The notes under the pieces are model-generated. The model worked only from the letters and a program-made list of their open reading frames with translations. It made no database searches and had not been told where the DNA came from. A stretch of 64,000 bases of DNA from Candidatus Poribacteria bacterium (GTDB taxonomy: Bacteria > Poribacteria > WGA-4E > PCPOR2b): the NCBI GenBank assembly GCA_965208675.1, contig OZ242351.1, forward strand, positions 576,001-640,000, read 5' to 3'. Within the stretch, counting starts at the first letter, position 1. Every line of letters starts with the position of its first letter. Shown here piece after piece: positions 39,255 to 48,674 of this stretch. A program made the position numbers and the translations under genes.

Positions 39255-40040
39255 CTACGAATGCGTTGAATTCGTTGTACCCTTTCTATGTTCAAAGTGT
39301 GTTTGTAGAGCGACGCTGCTAGACAAGATATGTTGAGTCATTGCTTGCTGTGCCTCTTCAGCATCCCTTTTCTGGAGCGTTAGGAGAATTTTCTGGTGCT
39401 CTCGAACCGACAAAATTGCGCGTCTTTCCGCTTTAGGTATTGGGGGTTCGGCTAGACTCCCTTTAATCCACGTTTGCAGGTAATTGCGTGTCATGTTTAA
39501 TAGGTTATAAAGTATCGAATTTTGTGTGGCTTGAGCAACCGTAAGGTGGAACTGCACATCGAATTCTAAATATTTCTCGGGCTGCTGAATTGATGCTTCC
39601 ATTCCCTTAAGCGTTCGCTCGATTTCGTCTATGTTCTCGGACGAAGCCCTTTGTGCAGCTAGAAATGCGGTTTGGGATTCCAACATCAGCCGAGTTTCAA
39701 TCAAATCTTGGATTTTTTTTCGGTCGAGCAACAAACTCCACTGCAGGGCTTTTTCTAAATACCGCTCGTTGTCGTTGGAGACAAAAGTGCCGTCACCCAC
39801 TCGCCCGTCTAGTATTCCCATTACGGTAAGAGAACGCAGCGCTTCTCTTAACGAACTGCGTCCTACACCAAATTGTCTACATAGCTCACGTTCAGAGGGA
39901 AGCCGTTCTCCGGGTTTAAGCACATCTCTCGAAATCAGGTCGACAATTTGAGATACAATTTCATCGCTCAGAGACGTACGCGCAATAGGACGCATCTCTT
40001 CCATGGCTGAGTTGATCGTGTTATGGTGTCTCATAGTCAT
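39255..40040 (-). CDS. GntR family transcriptional regulator, FadR subfamily (FCD domain)
   Basis: PGERLPSERELC..FGVGRSSLREAL, GDGTFV, FDVQFH, EHQKI, AMTQHI. Confidence 0.94.
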   Translation of the reverse strand: MTMRHHNTINSAMEEMRPIARTSLSDEIVSQIVDLISRDVLKPGERLPSERELCRQFGVGRSSLREALRSLTVMGILDGRVGDGTFVSNDNERYLEKALQWSLLLDRKKIQDLIETRLMLESQTAFLAAQRASSENIDEIERTLKGMEASIQQPEKYLEFDVQFHLTVAQATQNSILYNLLNMTRNYLQTWIKGSLAEPPIPKAERRAILSVREHQKILLTLQKRDAEEAQQAMTQHILSSSVALQTHFEHRKGTTNSTHS

Positions 40041-40121
40041 CCACGCTGCCTCGTGTTTTCCATTTCACAATTCAATAATACCGTGCATGCAACCATAGTC
40101 AAATTGCACGAAAAAATTTTC

Positions 40122-40167
40122 TTTACAATTCTATGATTTTGCGATAAAATTACTAAAGGTCAGACCA
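40122..40167 (+). promoter_or_regulatory. Sigma70 promoter with adjacent FadR-type operator for the methyltransferase operon
   Basis: TTTACA(40122)-17 nt-TAAAAT(40145), then palindromic GGTCAGACC (40158-40166), resembling the FadR-subfamily consensus TGGT-N3-ACCA. Confidence 0.75.
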
Positions 40168-40267
40168 TCAGTTATTATGCTTCTAACTTTCTCTGTTGTC
40201 AAGTAAATTACATTGTGAACGAACAGCCGAGAATGCGATTAATTCATTACCCGAGAGGATTTAAATT

Positions 40268-40903
40268 ATGGGTGAGACGATCGATATTGGAAGGCGGATT
40301 GAATTGGTTCCGATGGATTCCCATTTTCAAGACATTACTATTGGCTTGTACAGCCAGGAACAGGATGAGGGTCCCGCTTTTTTGGTTCATACGTATAGTC
40401 GCCTTGACGGCACCGAGCAGCGCATTGCATTTGTGCGAAGGGCGATGAAAATTTTGGGAGGCATGGAATTTACTCCCGATGGGTTGCTACGGTTTACTTG
40501 TAAGACAAAACATGAACTTGCTTGTAAACGCATTTTTCTGGAAGCCTGCAAGCTCGACCCAGCTAAGCAGATCGAACCGCGCCCTCTAAATACTCTCGAC
40601 AGGAAGTCCGGTTTTACTATCACAGTCCTCAGTCTCGGAAACGGGGTTTATCAAATCACGGCCGACGGCGAGGGGCGCCACAGAGAAAAGCGCATTTCGG
40701 CTATAGGCGGAGGTTTAATTAAACTCGGGCAGATGGATGAAACAGGTGAAGATGCAGATCGAGTGGCTTTTTCTTGTGGACACGTCCACGATGCCATGGT
40801 TGGACTATTACTGGTTCGTGCGCCGAATGTACGCGCCGTAATGCGGGAACAGCAGGCGGTTACATCACGAGGGACGCTGTCAGCACCCAGCCAACAGGAA
40901 TAG
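40268..40903 (+). CDS. Hypothetical protein, first gene of the corrinoid operon
   Basis: 211-aa ORF with GAGGA RBS; Cys/His clusters (C...HELAC, CGHVHD); no family recognised. Confidence 0.75.
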   Translation: MGETIDIGRRIELVPMDSHFQDITIGLYSQEQDEGPAFLVHTYSRLDGTEQRIAFVRRAMKILGGMEFTPDGLLRFTCKTKHELACKRIFLEACKLDPAKQIEPRPLNTLDRKSGFTITVLSLGNGVYQITADGEGRHREKRISAIGGGLIKLGQMDETGEDADRVAFSCGHVHDAMVGLLLVRAPNVRAVMREQQAVTSRGTLSAPSQQE

Positions 40904-40952
40904 TCTGAACGCAAGTAATGACTGGTCCTTTTTACGTTAGGAGAAAAACGAG

Positions 40953-41987
40953 ATGCAAACTCAATCGATGACGAGTCGCCAACGTGTCCTTGCAGCGTTG
41001 CAAAGAGCACCGGTGGATCGGACGCCCATTTGCAATCCGACATCTGTGGCCACGGTGGAATTGATGGACTTGGTGGATGCGCCGTTCCCTGAGGCAAACC
41101 GGCAGCCGGACCTGATGGCACGGCTAGCAGCGACTGGTTATACTGAGTTAGGATTCGACACGATTATGCCGGTTTTCACTATTATTCAAGAGTCTTCCGC
41201 ACTCGGTTGCAAGATTCAATGGGAACAAAAGGATAACTGGCCCACTGTGAAAATGCGAGAACCGATTTGGGAAGACGTTGAGGACATCATAATTCCGCCC
41301 AATCTCTTAACTCACCAAGATACTCGCTGCGTGACCGATGCGATCCAAATCCTCAAAAAGGAGTACGGAGAAGAAGTCGCTGTGATTGGCAAGACGATGG
41401 GGCCCTGGTCACTCGGATACCACTGTTTCGGAGTCGAGCCTTTTCTGCTGCTGTCCTTAGACGATCCGGAAAAAACGAAACTCGCGCTGGATAAGATGAA
41501 AGAAATCACGATAGCGTTTGGGTTAGCACAGATTGAAGCCGGGGCGGATGCGCTAACCTTGCCCGATCACGCAACTGGGGATTTGGTCAGCGGCGAGTAT
41601 TATCAGCGGTACTTGCGGGATCTTCACATTGAGTTCGCCGAACGCCTTCCAATCCCGCTTATTCTACATATTTGCGGGCGCACGGTCGACCGTATGGAGT
41701 ACATCGCACAAACTGGTTTCGCAGCCTTCCATTACGACTCCAAGAATGCCCCGGATGAGTCTATGGCAGTGATGCAGAAGCGAATTGCCCTAGTCGGAAA
41801 TATCAACAATCCCGAAACGTTGTTTGCAAAGGGTCCTGAGGAAGTGCGCCAGGAAGTCTACAAAAATCTTGATGCAGGCGTCGAACTTGTAGGTCCTGAA
41901 TGTGCGATTCCGCTGCAAACTTCGATTGAAAACCTAAAAGAGATTCCCGCCGCCGTCAATGATTGGCACCATCAAAATGCGAGTTAG
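40953..41987 (+). CDS. MtaA/CmuA family corrinoid methyltransferase (URO-D fold)
   Basis: MTSRQRVLAAL..DRTP, GPWSL, AQIEAGAD, Zn motif LHICG...GPEC, LVGNIN. Confidence 0.9.
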   Translation: MQTQSMTSRQRVLAALQRAPVDRTPICNPTSVATVELMDLVDAPFPEANRQPDLMARLAATGYTELGFDTIMPVFTIIQESSALGCKIQWEQKDNWPTVKMREPIWEDVEDIIIPPNLLTHQDTRCVTDAIQILKKEYGEEVAVIGKTMGPWSLGYHCFGVEPFLLLSLDDPEKTKLALDKMKEITIAFGLAQIEAGADALTLPDHATGDLVSGEYYQRYLRDLHIEFAERLPIPLILHICGRTVDRMEYIAQTGFAAFHYDSKNAPDESMAVMQKRIALVGNINNPETLFAKGPEEVRQEVYKNLDAGVELVGPECAIPLQTSIENLKEIPAAVNDWHHQNAS

Positions 41988-42026
41988 ATTTAAGAAGAAT
42001 AAATTTGAAACTTAAAGAGACACACT

Positions 42027-42791
42027 ATGCCTGAAATTACCGACATCGTAAATGAGTTCATTAGGGATGAAATCGAAGAATACATTGAGCGTGCCGATGA
42101 ACGCACGCGCACTATCGCAATATTTGCCCAAGCAAGTACCGCGATGCAAGCGATTGCTGCCGCACTTGTTGACGGTGACCACCATACCGTGGATCAATTA
42201 ACAAAAGAGGCTTTGGACGCGGGTACCGAGGCTTTGGAGATTATGGACGATGGCCTCATCGCTGGGATGGGCATTGTTGGAATAAAATTTCGAGAAAATT
42301 TCATTTTCGTCCCGGAGGTCCTCGCTTGTGCACGTGCCATGAAGGCAGGTATGGCGTATATTGAACCGATTCTGTCCGCGTCGGGGATTGAGCCTATTGG
42401 TACCGTTATCATGGGGACAGTGAAAGGAGATCTTCACGATATTGGCAAGAATCTATGCATCATGATGCTTCGCGGCGCAGGATTCGTTGTACACGATTTG
42501 GGCGTCGATACTTCAGACGACGAGTTTATTGATGCCGTGGAAGAACACGGTGCGCCGGTGCTAGGAATGTCGGCACTTTTGACGACGACGATGCCCAACA
42601 TGGGTAAGACGATTGAAGCTTTCATTGATGAAGATCTCCGCGAAGATGTCAAAATTATGGTAGGTGGTGCACCGGTGACCCAGGAGTTTGCCGATGATAT
42701 GGGAGCAGACGGATATGGGAAGGACGCACTTGCGTGTGTGGCGTTGGCGAAGCAACTATTTGTAGAACTTAGAGACGAAGGAAGGTTATAG
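42027..42791 (+). CDS. Cobalamin-binding corrinoid protein (MtaC/MttC/MetH cap plus B12 domain)
   Basis: FVPEVL, GTVKGDLHDIGKNL, SALLTTT, GGAPVT, GADGY. Confidence 0.95.
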   Translation: MPEITDIVNEFIRDEIEEYIERADERTRTIAIFAQASTAMQAIAAALVDGDHHTVDQLTKEALDAGTEALEIMDDGLIAGMGIVGIKFRENFIFVPEVLACARAMKAGMAYIEPILSASGIEPIGTVIMGTVKGDLHDIGKNLCIMMLRGAGFVVHDLGVDTSDDEFIDAVEEHGAPVLGMSALLTTTMPNMGKTIEAFIDEDLREDVKIMVGGAPVTQEFADDMGADGYGKDALACVALAKQLFVELRDEGRL

Positions 42792-42980
42792 TTGATCCTA
42801 CACCAGTTTTGCTTAATGCTCCCACCTCGCTATTCTGATGAAGCAACTATGCAAAGATTGGCCAAGCAAATGAATTAGCGCATACTTGGACTTAATCGCT
42901 TATCGGCGAAGTTGTCTAGCTCGGTTTTAGTCACTGCCAAAATTCAAGTCTGTGCGTTGAATTTGCGGATAAGACTCATT

Positions 42981-44894
42981 ATGCTGAAAATCCCCAAGGA
43001 AGAATACCGGAAACGGTTGGACAAAATTACGGAATTGTTCGCTAGCATCGTGGGGCACGCCGATGAACAAGCCGCATATAGGTGTCCTTACAAAAACCGG
43101 TTCGATCAATGTACCGCCAAATTCGGCTGTAGAAATCAGCGTAAACCTCGTGAAAAAGGGAAGTCATTGATGTGCGGCGGCGACGATAAGCTAGACTATC
43201 GCGGTGCTTGGGATACTGAGGCCGATGTAGGGGTTTTTATTGAGAGAGATGGCGATTACGGAAAGGGTACCATAACGCATGATGACACAAAGCGTAAACT
43301 TATGGCCGGCAAAACGGTTTTCGACTATGCTGACGAATTGGCGGTACAGGTGCCGACCTCCTGTTTGCGTACGGGGCAATGTCACGAGTGTATAGTTGAG
43401 ATAAAGCAAGGCATAGAGGCATTACGTCCGCGCAACGAAGCTGAGTCGTTTCTACGGGAAAATTACCGCCTTGCTTGTCAGGCAGTTGTCGAGAACCCTG
43501 ATGTCGATGTACAGTTTTCGCCGCTGCGCAGAAAGCCCAGGATTCTCACACTTACCCAAGAAAAGCCCGTTGAGCTCAAACCGATGGTCACCCGTCAGGG
43601 CGATACAGTCTACTACGATAGGGAAGCTATCGACACATACCGCGGGCACCTTTACGGTCTTGCCATAGATTTGGGTACCACAACCGTCGTAATGGATTTG
43701 GTAAATCTTGAGACCGGCGAAAGCGTAAGCGTCAACTCCTTTGAAAATCCTCAGCGGTTCGGCGGCAGCGATGTGATGCATCGTATTTCATATGATGGCG
43801 TGTTTGCCGGTGAGTTACGCAAGGCGGTTACCAATGGTCTGAATCACGAAATCGCCGAGATGGGAAAACGGTTGGGCTTCGTCCGTCAGGAAATCTACGA
43901 GATTGTTGTTGCGGGCAACTCGACTATGCGCGATATTTTCTTCAAGCTGGATGTGCAGAGCATCGGCCAAAAGCCCTACAAGTCCGTGATTGAACATGCG
44001 TACATCGCAGAGGAACTCAACACGACTTCGCTTGTTGAGAAAACGCGGCGATTAGGGCTTCGGGCGAATCCAAGAGCCCGAGTTTATGGGTTGCCGTTGA
44101 TTGCAAGCCATGTGGGTGCCGATGTTGCAGCCGATTTGGTTGCCATTGACATGGCATCGCAGAAAAAAGCCGTCATGCTGGTAGATGTTGGTACTAACAC
44201 TGAAGTCGTTGTGGGACACGCAGGAAGGCTGATAACAGCGTCTTGTCCGGCAGGTCCCGCGTTTGAAGGAGGCGGAATTAAATTCGGTATGCCAGGGTAC
44301 GAAGGAGCCATCGAGTCTATTCGGTGGGGTGACGGTCATATCAACTATGACACTATTGGCGGTATTGCACCACAAGGAATCTGTGGATCGGGATTAATCG
44401 ACCTGTTGGCAGAACTTCGCCGCCATAATCAGATGACAGCAAAAGGTGTTTTTGCTGATAGAAAACAGTATGACATGACCGTTGTGCCTGAACATGGCAT
44501 TACGCTTTCCCGGGAAGACATTAGCAACTTGGCTCAAGCCAAGGCAGCCAATTACTGCGGACAATTTATTGTCTTGCGAAAGTTCGGTATCGACCCAACG
44601 GAAATCAATCGGCTCTATTTGGCCGGTGGATTCGCAAATTATGTGGATGTTCACAATGCCGTCGAAATCGGTTTTCTTGCGCCAGTGCGCGGCGATAGAA
44701 TCGTCAAAGTTGGAAACGCGGCGGTGCAGGGCGCGCGGGAAGTTCTCCTATCACGGAAAAAGCGTGACGCTATTGAGCATCTGGTTAAAGGAATCGAACA
44801 TGTCGAACTAGAGACAACGCCCGATTTCTTCGAGGTGTTCGTGGAAGGGTGCCAGTTTAAACCCATGCCGAAGGAGTTAGCTGACATATCATGA
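42981..44894 (+). CDS. ATP-dependent reductive activator of corrinoid proteins (RACo/RamA-like, ASKHA, DUF4445) with 2Fe-2S domain
   Basis: SCLRTGQCHEC...RLAC, DLGTTT, NPQ..GGSDV, GNSTM, DVGTNTE, AGPAFEG, GICGSG, LAGGF, GNAA. Confidence 0.93.
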   Translation: MLKIPKEEYRKRLDKITELFASIVGHADEQAAYRCPYKNRFDQCTAKFGCRNQRKPREKGKSLMCGGDDKLDYRGAWDTEADVGVFIERDGDYGKGTITHDDTKRKLMAGKTVFDYADELAVQVPTSCLRTGQCHECIVEIKQGIEALRPRNEAESFLRENYRLACQAVVENPDVDVQFSPLRRKPRILTLTQEKPVELKPMVTRQGDTVYYDREAIDTYRGHLYGLAIDLGTTTVVMDLVNLETGESVSVNSFENPQRFGGSDVMHRISYDGVFAGELRKAVTNGLNHEIAEMGKRLGFVRQEIYEIVVAGNSTMRDIFFKLDVQSIGQKPYKSVIEHAYIAEELNTTSLVEKTRRLGLRANPRARVYGLPLIASHVGADVAADLVAIDMASQKKAVMLVDVGTNTEVVVGHAGRLITASCPAGPAFEGGGIKFGMPGYEGAIESIRWGDGHINYDTIGGIAPQGICGSGLIDLLAELRRHNQMTAKGVFADRKQYDMTVVPEHGITLSREDISNLAQAKAANYCGQFIVLRKFGIDPTEINRLYLAGGFANYVDVHNAVEIGFLAPVRGDRIVKVGNAAVQGAREVLLSRKKRDAIEHLVKGIEHVELETTPDFFEVFVEGCQFKPMPKELADIS

Positions 44895-44973
44895 CTTTAG
44901 AAAGTGTTGGGCAGCTCACGTACCAGATAAGAAGCCTACAGGAAAGCTGACCACATATCTTTAGGAGACGAAG

Positions 44974-46011
44974 ATGAAGCTTAACGGTCTAGAATTCATA
45001 ATTATTGGTGAAAATGTCCACACTACTCGTGTGGTGCGTCGAAAAGGGAAGCTCGTTACGAATAACGCTGACGGCGTCGAATCCATTCGCTATCTAGATA
45101 AAAACAAAAAACGCCGGTATCTCGTCATCCCCGATAGCATCAGGAAAACTCAGGACTACGAGGAAGGGCGCATTAAACACGTCAAGATCGCCATTCAGGC
45201 AGCCATGACCGAAAAAAATCCTCATGCCGGTGAAGGGCTCGAGTACCTGATGCGACTAGTGCAACGTCAGTTAGACGCCGGAGCCGATTACTTAGACTTG
45301 AATGTAGACGAAGTCTCACTGCATCTTGAGGAACAAAAGGCTGCCATGAGATGGCTTGTGCAGACCGTGCAGGAGATGTATTCTATTCCATTGTCGGTGG
45401 ATTCATCCAATACGGAAATCATACAAGCGGGACTTGAGGCTGCTGATGGCAAAGATGCCCAAACTATGCTAAATTCAGCAGCACCGGAACGCCTTGAAAC
45501 CTTAGATCTTGCGAAACAGTATCATACGAGGGTCATTGTTCAAGCAGCGAGCGTAAACGGTATGCCAGAAAACGCAGAAGAACGGGTGTCCAATGCCTCT
45601 TTCATGGTGGAAAAAGCCTTAGATAAAGGGATTGCGATTCATGATATTTTCATTGACCCCGTAATCTTTCCAATCTCGGTCGACAGCCAATACGGCAATC
45701 ACTGCTTCGATGCGATACGGCAAATCCGCGAGAAATATGGTCCCAATCTCCATATTAGCGGTGGTTTCAGCAACGCCTCATTCGGTTTGCCATGCCGCCG
45801 CCTCATTAACGATGTATTTATGATGTTAGCCATTGAAGCAGGTGCTGACAGTGGGATCATCGATCCTGTCACGAGTGACCCTCGAAAGATTATGGAAATG
45901 GATCGACAGTCAATGCCCTACAAACTCGCTGAAGATATGCTTCTGGGTAGGGACGAATATTGCGCTAATTTTATTAAAGCATATCGAAAAGGGGAATTGG
46001 AGCTCCGCTAA
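44974..46011 (+). CDS. Methyltetrahydrofolate:corrinoid methyltransferase (MeTr/AcsE, pterin-binding domain)
   Basis: IIGEN, Q..AGADYLDLN, LSVDSS, LNS, IDP, GFSNASFGLP, IIDP. Confidence 0.9.
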   Translation: MKLNGLEFIIIGENVHTTRVVRRKGKLVTNNADGVESIRYLDKNKKRRYLVIPDSIRKTQDYEEGRIKHVKIAIQAAMTEKNPHAGEGLEYLMRLVQRQLDAGADYLDLNVDEVSLHLEEQKAAMRWLVQTVQEMYSIPLSVDSSNTEIIQAGLEAADGKDAQTMLNSAAPERLETLDLAKQYHTRVIVQAASVNGMPENAEERVSNASFMVEKALDKGIAIHDIFIDPVIFPISVDSQYGNHCFDAIRQIREKYGPNLHISGGFSNASFGLPCRRLINDVFMMLAIEAGADSGIIDPVTSDPRKIMEMDRQSMPYKLAEDMLLGRDEYCANFIKAYRKGELELR

Positions 46012-46014
46012 ACC

Positions 46015-46293
46015 GTGGCTGAATATCAAATATTGTACTGGAAAGGCATTCCAGCCCAGGTGAGAGTTTTTGAGGGAAAGAAAACAATCTCGCGAGAGAT
46101 GCCCGCTCGTTTCCAAGCTGACATCGATCGAATCGCAATGCAAGAAGGTTTGTACGGAAGTGACAACTATCTTGACCAATGGGAATGGACCGAGAAACGC
46201 CAGCGGACCGGCGATGCCAAACTAGTATTAGATTCGCTTTTACGTGAACTCGAAACCGATTACGACGATAAATTTAGAAAACCGAAAAATTAA
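46015..46293 (+). CDS. PF13769 (Virulence_fact) family small protein
   Basis: YQILYWKGIPAQV...RFQADID.IAM..G..GSD.YLDQW. Confidence 0.8.
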   Translation: MAEYQILYWKGIPAQVRVFEGKKTISREMPARFQADIDRIAMQEGLYGSDNYLDQWEWTEKRQRTGDAKLVLDSLLRELETDYDDKFRKPKN

Positions 46294-46301
46294 TTCCAAT
46301 A

Positions 46302-47348
46302 ATGCCCAAATTCTCACCTGAGACGCTTCGTCAAATCGGGTACCAGCTTTTTGAAGCCGCGGGGTGTAAACCCGAAGATGCGCACGTAGTGGTTAATCAC
46401 CTGATCGAATCCAATCTCTTTGGTCATGATTCTCACGGCGCAATTCGGTTTGGCGAATACCTGCGCGCTATTCGAGAAGGCCGGTTCCAACCTCGTGAAA
46501 CACCTGAGACTGTAAGCGAAAACCCATGCACTGCGGTCGTTGACGCCCACGGCGCGCTAGGGCAAATCGGCGCGTCCTATGCGATGAACTTGGCAATTGA
46601 AAAGGCTGGCCGCCACGGTGTTGGCACGGTGACCTTACGGAATACAAGCCATGTTGGGCGCGTGGGCGCCTATCCCTTAATGGCCGCTCAGACAGAGATG
46701 ATTGGTCTTGCCTTTGTCAATGCGGGCCGGCTCGGTTACCAAATAGTTCCCTTTGGAGGCATCGACGGCCGCCTAAGTACCAACCCGATTGCATTTGCCG
46801 CCCCGCGCCGGGAAGCCCCGCCTATTTTTGTTGATATGACTACCTCGGTATCTGCTGAAGGTAAAATTCGGGTTGCTATCAACCAAGGGAAGCAGGTTCC
46901 GGAGGGTTGGATCATCGATGCTCAAGGCAATCCCACCACGGATCCAAAAAAATTTACAGGTCCTCCGCCCGGAGCCATCCTCCCATTAGGCGGAGTAGTA
47001 GCACACAAGGGTTACGGTTTGAGTATTGTAGTAGAACTCTTGGGCGGTGCCTTGAGCGGTCAGGGTTGTGCCGCTGGTGAACGTTCAATGGCAAGCAATG
47101 GCGTGTTATTTACCGTATACCACATTGAGCATTTCACCACTCTTGATGCTTTCTATAACGAAGTGGAATCACTGCTTCATTACGTCAAATCGAGCCGACT
47201 AGCCCCCGGGTTTGTGGAAATCTTAGCGCCTGGTGAACCTGAATTTCGTAACGCTCAACGGAAGACGGTCGAAGGAATTGATATTGATGAGACAACTTGG
47301 AATAATATCTGCCTAGAAGCTCTCGCCTTCGGGATTAATCTAGAATAA
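46302..47348 (+). CDS. Ldh_2 family (malate/L-lactate/sulfolactate-type) dehydrogenase
   Basis: GHDSHG, SHVG, TNPIAFAAP, DMTTS, G.PTTDP, HKGYGL, PGEPE. Confidence 0.93.
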   Translation: MPKFSPETLRQIGYQLFEAAGCKPEDAHVVVNHLIESNLFGHDSHGAIRFGEYLRAIREGRFQPRETPETVSENPCTAVVDAHGALGQIGASYAMNLAIEKAGRHGVGTVTLRNTSHVGRVGAYPLMAAQTEMIGLAFVNAGRLGYQIVPFGGIDGRLSTNPIAFAAPRREAPPIFVDMTTSVSAEGKIRVAINQGKQVPEGWIIDAQGNPTTDPKKFTGPPPGAILPLGGVVAHKGYGLSIVVELLGGALSGQGCAAGERSMASNGVLFTVYHIEHFTTLDAFYNEVESLLHYVKSSRLAPGFVEILAPGEPEFRNAQRKTVEGIDIDETTWNNICLEALAFGINLE

Positions 47349-47400
47349 TGGTGTACCAAAGCAATGTAATGGTCGAAAATTTAAAATTAGAGCGCTTCAA

Positions 47401-48402
47401 ATGAGGACGTTTCTTGAGAGGTTAGCCGACCCAAGCCCTATGATTTACGACGGCGGATTTGGCTCAGAATTGTTCGCCAGGGGGATAGAGCTGACGAATA
47501 GCGCACTTGCAAACGAACTGCATGCAGACGCGGTAATGGATATTCATTCTGATTATATTGAAGCAGGTGTTAATGCCCTAGGAACAAACACATTTGTAGC
47601 TTCGAGGCTGCATCTTGAAATGGCAGGAATAGAGGGACATGCGGCGGATGAAATCGCCCAGTTGGCGGTAGAACATGCCAAGGTAGCGGTTGAAAAAGGT
47701 GGCAAGGAGATATATATCGCAGGATCGATTGGGCCTTCGCCCGGCGCAATTGAAGCCGATAGCGGCGACATAGATTTTGGAATCCCGAACGCTGTTGTCA
47801 GGGATGTTTACGAGAGGCTGGCGAACATTCTGGCAGATGGCGGCGTTGACTTTTTCTGTATAGAAACTATGTTTTCCGCGAAGGAAGCCGCAATAGCAGT
47901 CGATGTTACCAGAAAATACGGGCTTCCTATCGCCGTAAACTTGACATATAAGCACACGAAGGACCGCGCTAGCGGCAATGTCGTCTACCGTACAGATTGG
48001 GGGCATTCGGCGGCGGATTTGTTAGGTATCTTGTCAAGCGGGGAGTTCTCCAATGGTGATAATCTCTTGGATTATGTCCACATATTAGGTCTAAATTGTG
48101 GCGCGGAGGTCAAGCATGAGCAACACACTGGGATGCCCTATGCGATAAATGGAATACAACAGTTGAAAGACGCATTGGCGATGAACAATGTTCAACCGAA
48201 ACGGTTGATGGCTTATCCAAATGCAGGTATGGCACGCCTGGACGAGAATCAGCGTACATATTATTCGCAATCCGCAGAAGAAATGGTGATTTACTTACCA
48301 ACTCTTCTCCAAGCAGGTGCATATTTTGTCGGTGGATGCTGCGGCACTGGATTTTCGCACATTAAAGCCTTTCGTGAAATTATCTCCCCGATAAACAATT
48401 GA
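47401..48402 (+). CDS. Homocysteine S-methyltransferase family protein (stand-alone MetH Hcy domain/BHMT-like)
   Basis: DGGFGSEL, H..YI.AG, TNTF, AGSIGP, IETM, GLNC, YPNAG, GGCCGT (three Zn-binding Cys). Confidence 0.92.
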   Translation: MRTFLERLADPSPMIYDGGFGSELFARGIELTNSALANELHADAVMDIHSDYIEAGVNALGTNTFVASRLHLEMAGIEGHAADEIAQLAVEHAKVAVEKGGKEIYIAGSIGPSPGAIEADSGDIDFGIPNAVVRDVYERLANILADGGVDFFCIETMFSAKEAAIAVDVTRKYGLPIAVNLTYKHTKDRASGNVVYRTDWGHSAADLLGILSSGEFSNGDNLLDYVHILGLNCGAEVKHEQHTGMPYAINGIQQLKDALAMNNVQPKRLMAYPNAGMARLDENQRTYYSQSAEEMVIYLPTLLQAGAYFVGGCCGTGFSHIKAFREIISPINN

Positions 48403-48450
48403 CGTAATGCCGCTCCAATCCAGATAGCCAGCGGTACGTAGCAGTTTTGA

Positions 48451-48479
48451 TTGACAATCTCCCACTAGAGTCGTATACT
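48451..48479 (+). promoter_or_regulatory. Near-consensus sigma70 promoter for the tandem FBP aldolase/phosphatase gene
   Basis: TTGACA-17 nt-TATACT. Confidence 0.7.
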
Positions 48480-48674
48480 AACAATTTATAAAAATGCTGT
48501 TGCCTACCTTCTTTAGGCTTTTGTTTTTCCCGTCTTAATACATGTCTCAAGTGAACACTTGCCTAACTTCAGTATGTATAGTTTAGTCTAATAAACGGCG
48601 ATTCCGAATTCATCCGCGGTTTTGAAAATGGTAAGATGTATAAGGGGGGTGACAGCAACTTTGGAGGTGAATGA

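Noticed and set aside
40041-40267. Cobalamin or SAM riboswitch before the corrinoid operon
   Set aside because: No B12-box or S-box core visible; the region is explained by divergent promoters and a FadR-type operator.
40953-46011. Methanogenesis or Wood-Ljungdahl pathway assignment
   Set aside because: No mcr, acsB/cdh or CoFeSP genes in the window; these methyltransferase families also occur in non-acetogenic bacteria.
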